Shown: positions 30,961 through 31,292 of the stretch, piece by piece | Layout of the letters: each line of letters starts with the position of its first letter | How positions within the stretch are numbered: position 1 is the first letter of the stretch | Assembly: GCA_014905635.1 (NCBI GenBank) | Contig: JABVCE010000031.1 | Coordinates: 310,001 to 341,292 of the forward strand | Reading direction: 5' to 3' | Length of the DNA stretch: 31,292 nt | From: Scenedesmus sp. PABB004 | Taxonomy: Eukaryota | Translations under genes and position numbers: made by a program | The notes under the pieces: generated by a model | What the model saw: only the letters and a program-made list of their open reading frames with translations | Databases searched by the model: none | What the model was told of the DNA's origin: nothing

Positions 30961-31292
30961 TGGGTGTGTGGCTGTGGGAGGCACGCAGCCGGGGGCTGCG
31001 CGGCGTGCGCCGCCGTCGTGACTGAGGGGCGCGCGCTGGCCAGGCCGGGGTTGAGGGGCGGGGGCACACCTCATGTTGTTGTACTGTGTGGAGGTGGGGA
31101 GGCGGGCGGGAGGTGGCGGGGAGGAGAGGAGGGCACGCGGTCAGCGGGCGGCCGCGCGGCGCGGCGCGAGCACACGGCGCGAGCCACGCGGCGCGAGCCA
31201 CACGGCGGCGCCCCCCCCTCCCCCCCCGCCCGCGGCCGCACCATGACCGCCACGCGGTACATCCGCCCGAGCTTGAGCAGACCCAGCAGGCC
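23157..31292 (-). CDS. Shaker-type voltage-gated K+ channel (SKOR/GORK-like) with CNBD and 12 ankyrin repeats. 5' end lies beyond the window; about 25 exons; at least one apparent frameshift near 24706
   Basis: S4 LLKLGRMYRV (31292-31242); S5 FCFFLLHWAACSFWYIA; pore YVFSFYWSIVTFST|LGYGDVTP; S6 VLFVILYVAVNIVVWAYILG|TITLLV; C-linker and CNBD YLFEGCGVKFL...ELYVVVAGHVEL...GESFAEVAYF...AVRSLTVCRVLVIPR; ankyrins with DYDGRTAL and RDRWG motifs; TAG at 23159-23157. Confidence 0.9.
25461..25550. repeat. (CA)n microsatellite in a K+ channel intron
   Basis: Directly visible CA run. Confidence 0.95.
27209..27265. repeat. 23-bp direct repeat in a K+ channel intron
   Basis: aggcgggcgcacgagagaggcgg at 27209-27231 and 27243-27265, flanked by telomere-like motifs. 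Confidence 0.85.
30893..30955. repeat. (GT)n microsatellite in a K+ channel intron
   Basis: About 30 GT units. Confidence 0.95.

Noticed and set aside
1..31292. Many long overlapping ORFs in the six-frame track (e.g. 2590-5556, 12565-14469, 18068-20305, 21423-23372)
   Set aside because: Stop codons are rare at this GC content. The translations are Arg/Ala/Pro-rich shadows or intron read-through of the spliced genes.

Overview
Extremely GC-rich, gene-dense, intron-rich eukaryotic nuclear DNA. It most resembles a chlorophyte green alga (inference from short GTGCG/GTGAG-donor introns, TGAC/TCAC branch-like motifs, one TGTAA poly(A) signal, TTTAGGG motifs and gene content). Most ORF-track entries are GC-driven shadow ORFs. 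Manual splicing gives eight genes: (1) a helicase-associated (HA) repeat protein, +; (2) a Rieske non-heme iron oxygenase of the CAO/PAO/TIC55 class with an extra N-terminal hydrophobic region, +; (3) an orphan protein of about 1,100 aa with an N-terminal Cys/His cluster and a C-terminal coiled coil, -; (4) an ARM-like/TPR protein, -; (5) an mTERF-like repeat protein, +; (6) a single-pass receptor-like TKL kinase, +; (7) a GNAT acetyltransferase, -; (8) a 5'-truncated Shaker-type (SKOR/GORK-like) K+ channel with a CNBD and a duplicated six-ankyrin block, -. The most notable unexplained signals are the orphan gene and the structured non-coding DNA just downstream of it (twin stem-loops and a nested fold-back), a perfect 23-bp hairpin in a 3' UTR, about 10% GC-AG introns, polarised telomere-like motifs at intron ends, and apparent frameshifts in the channel gene. 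All exon models come from reading the sequence by eye; no searches were run.
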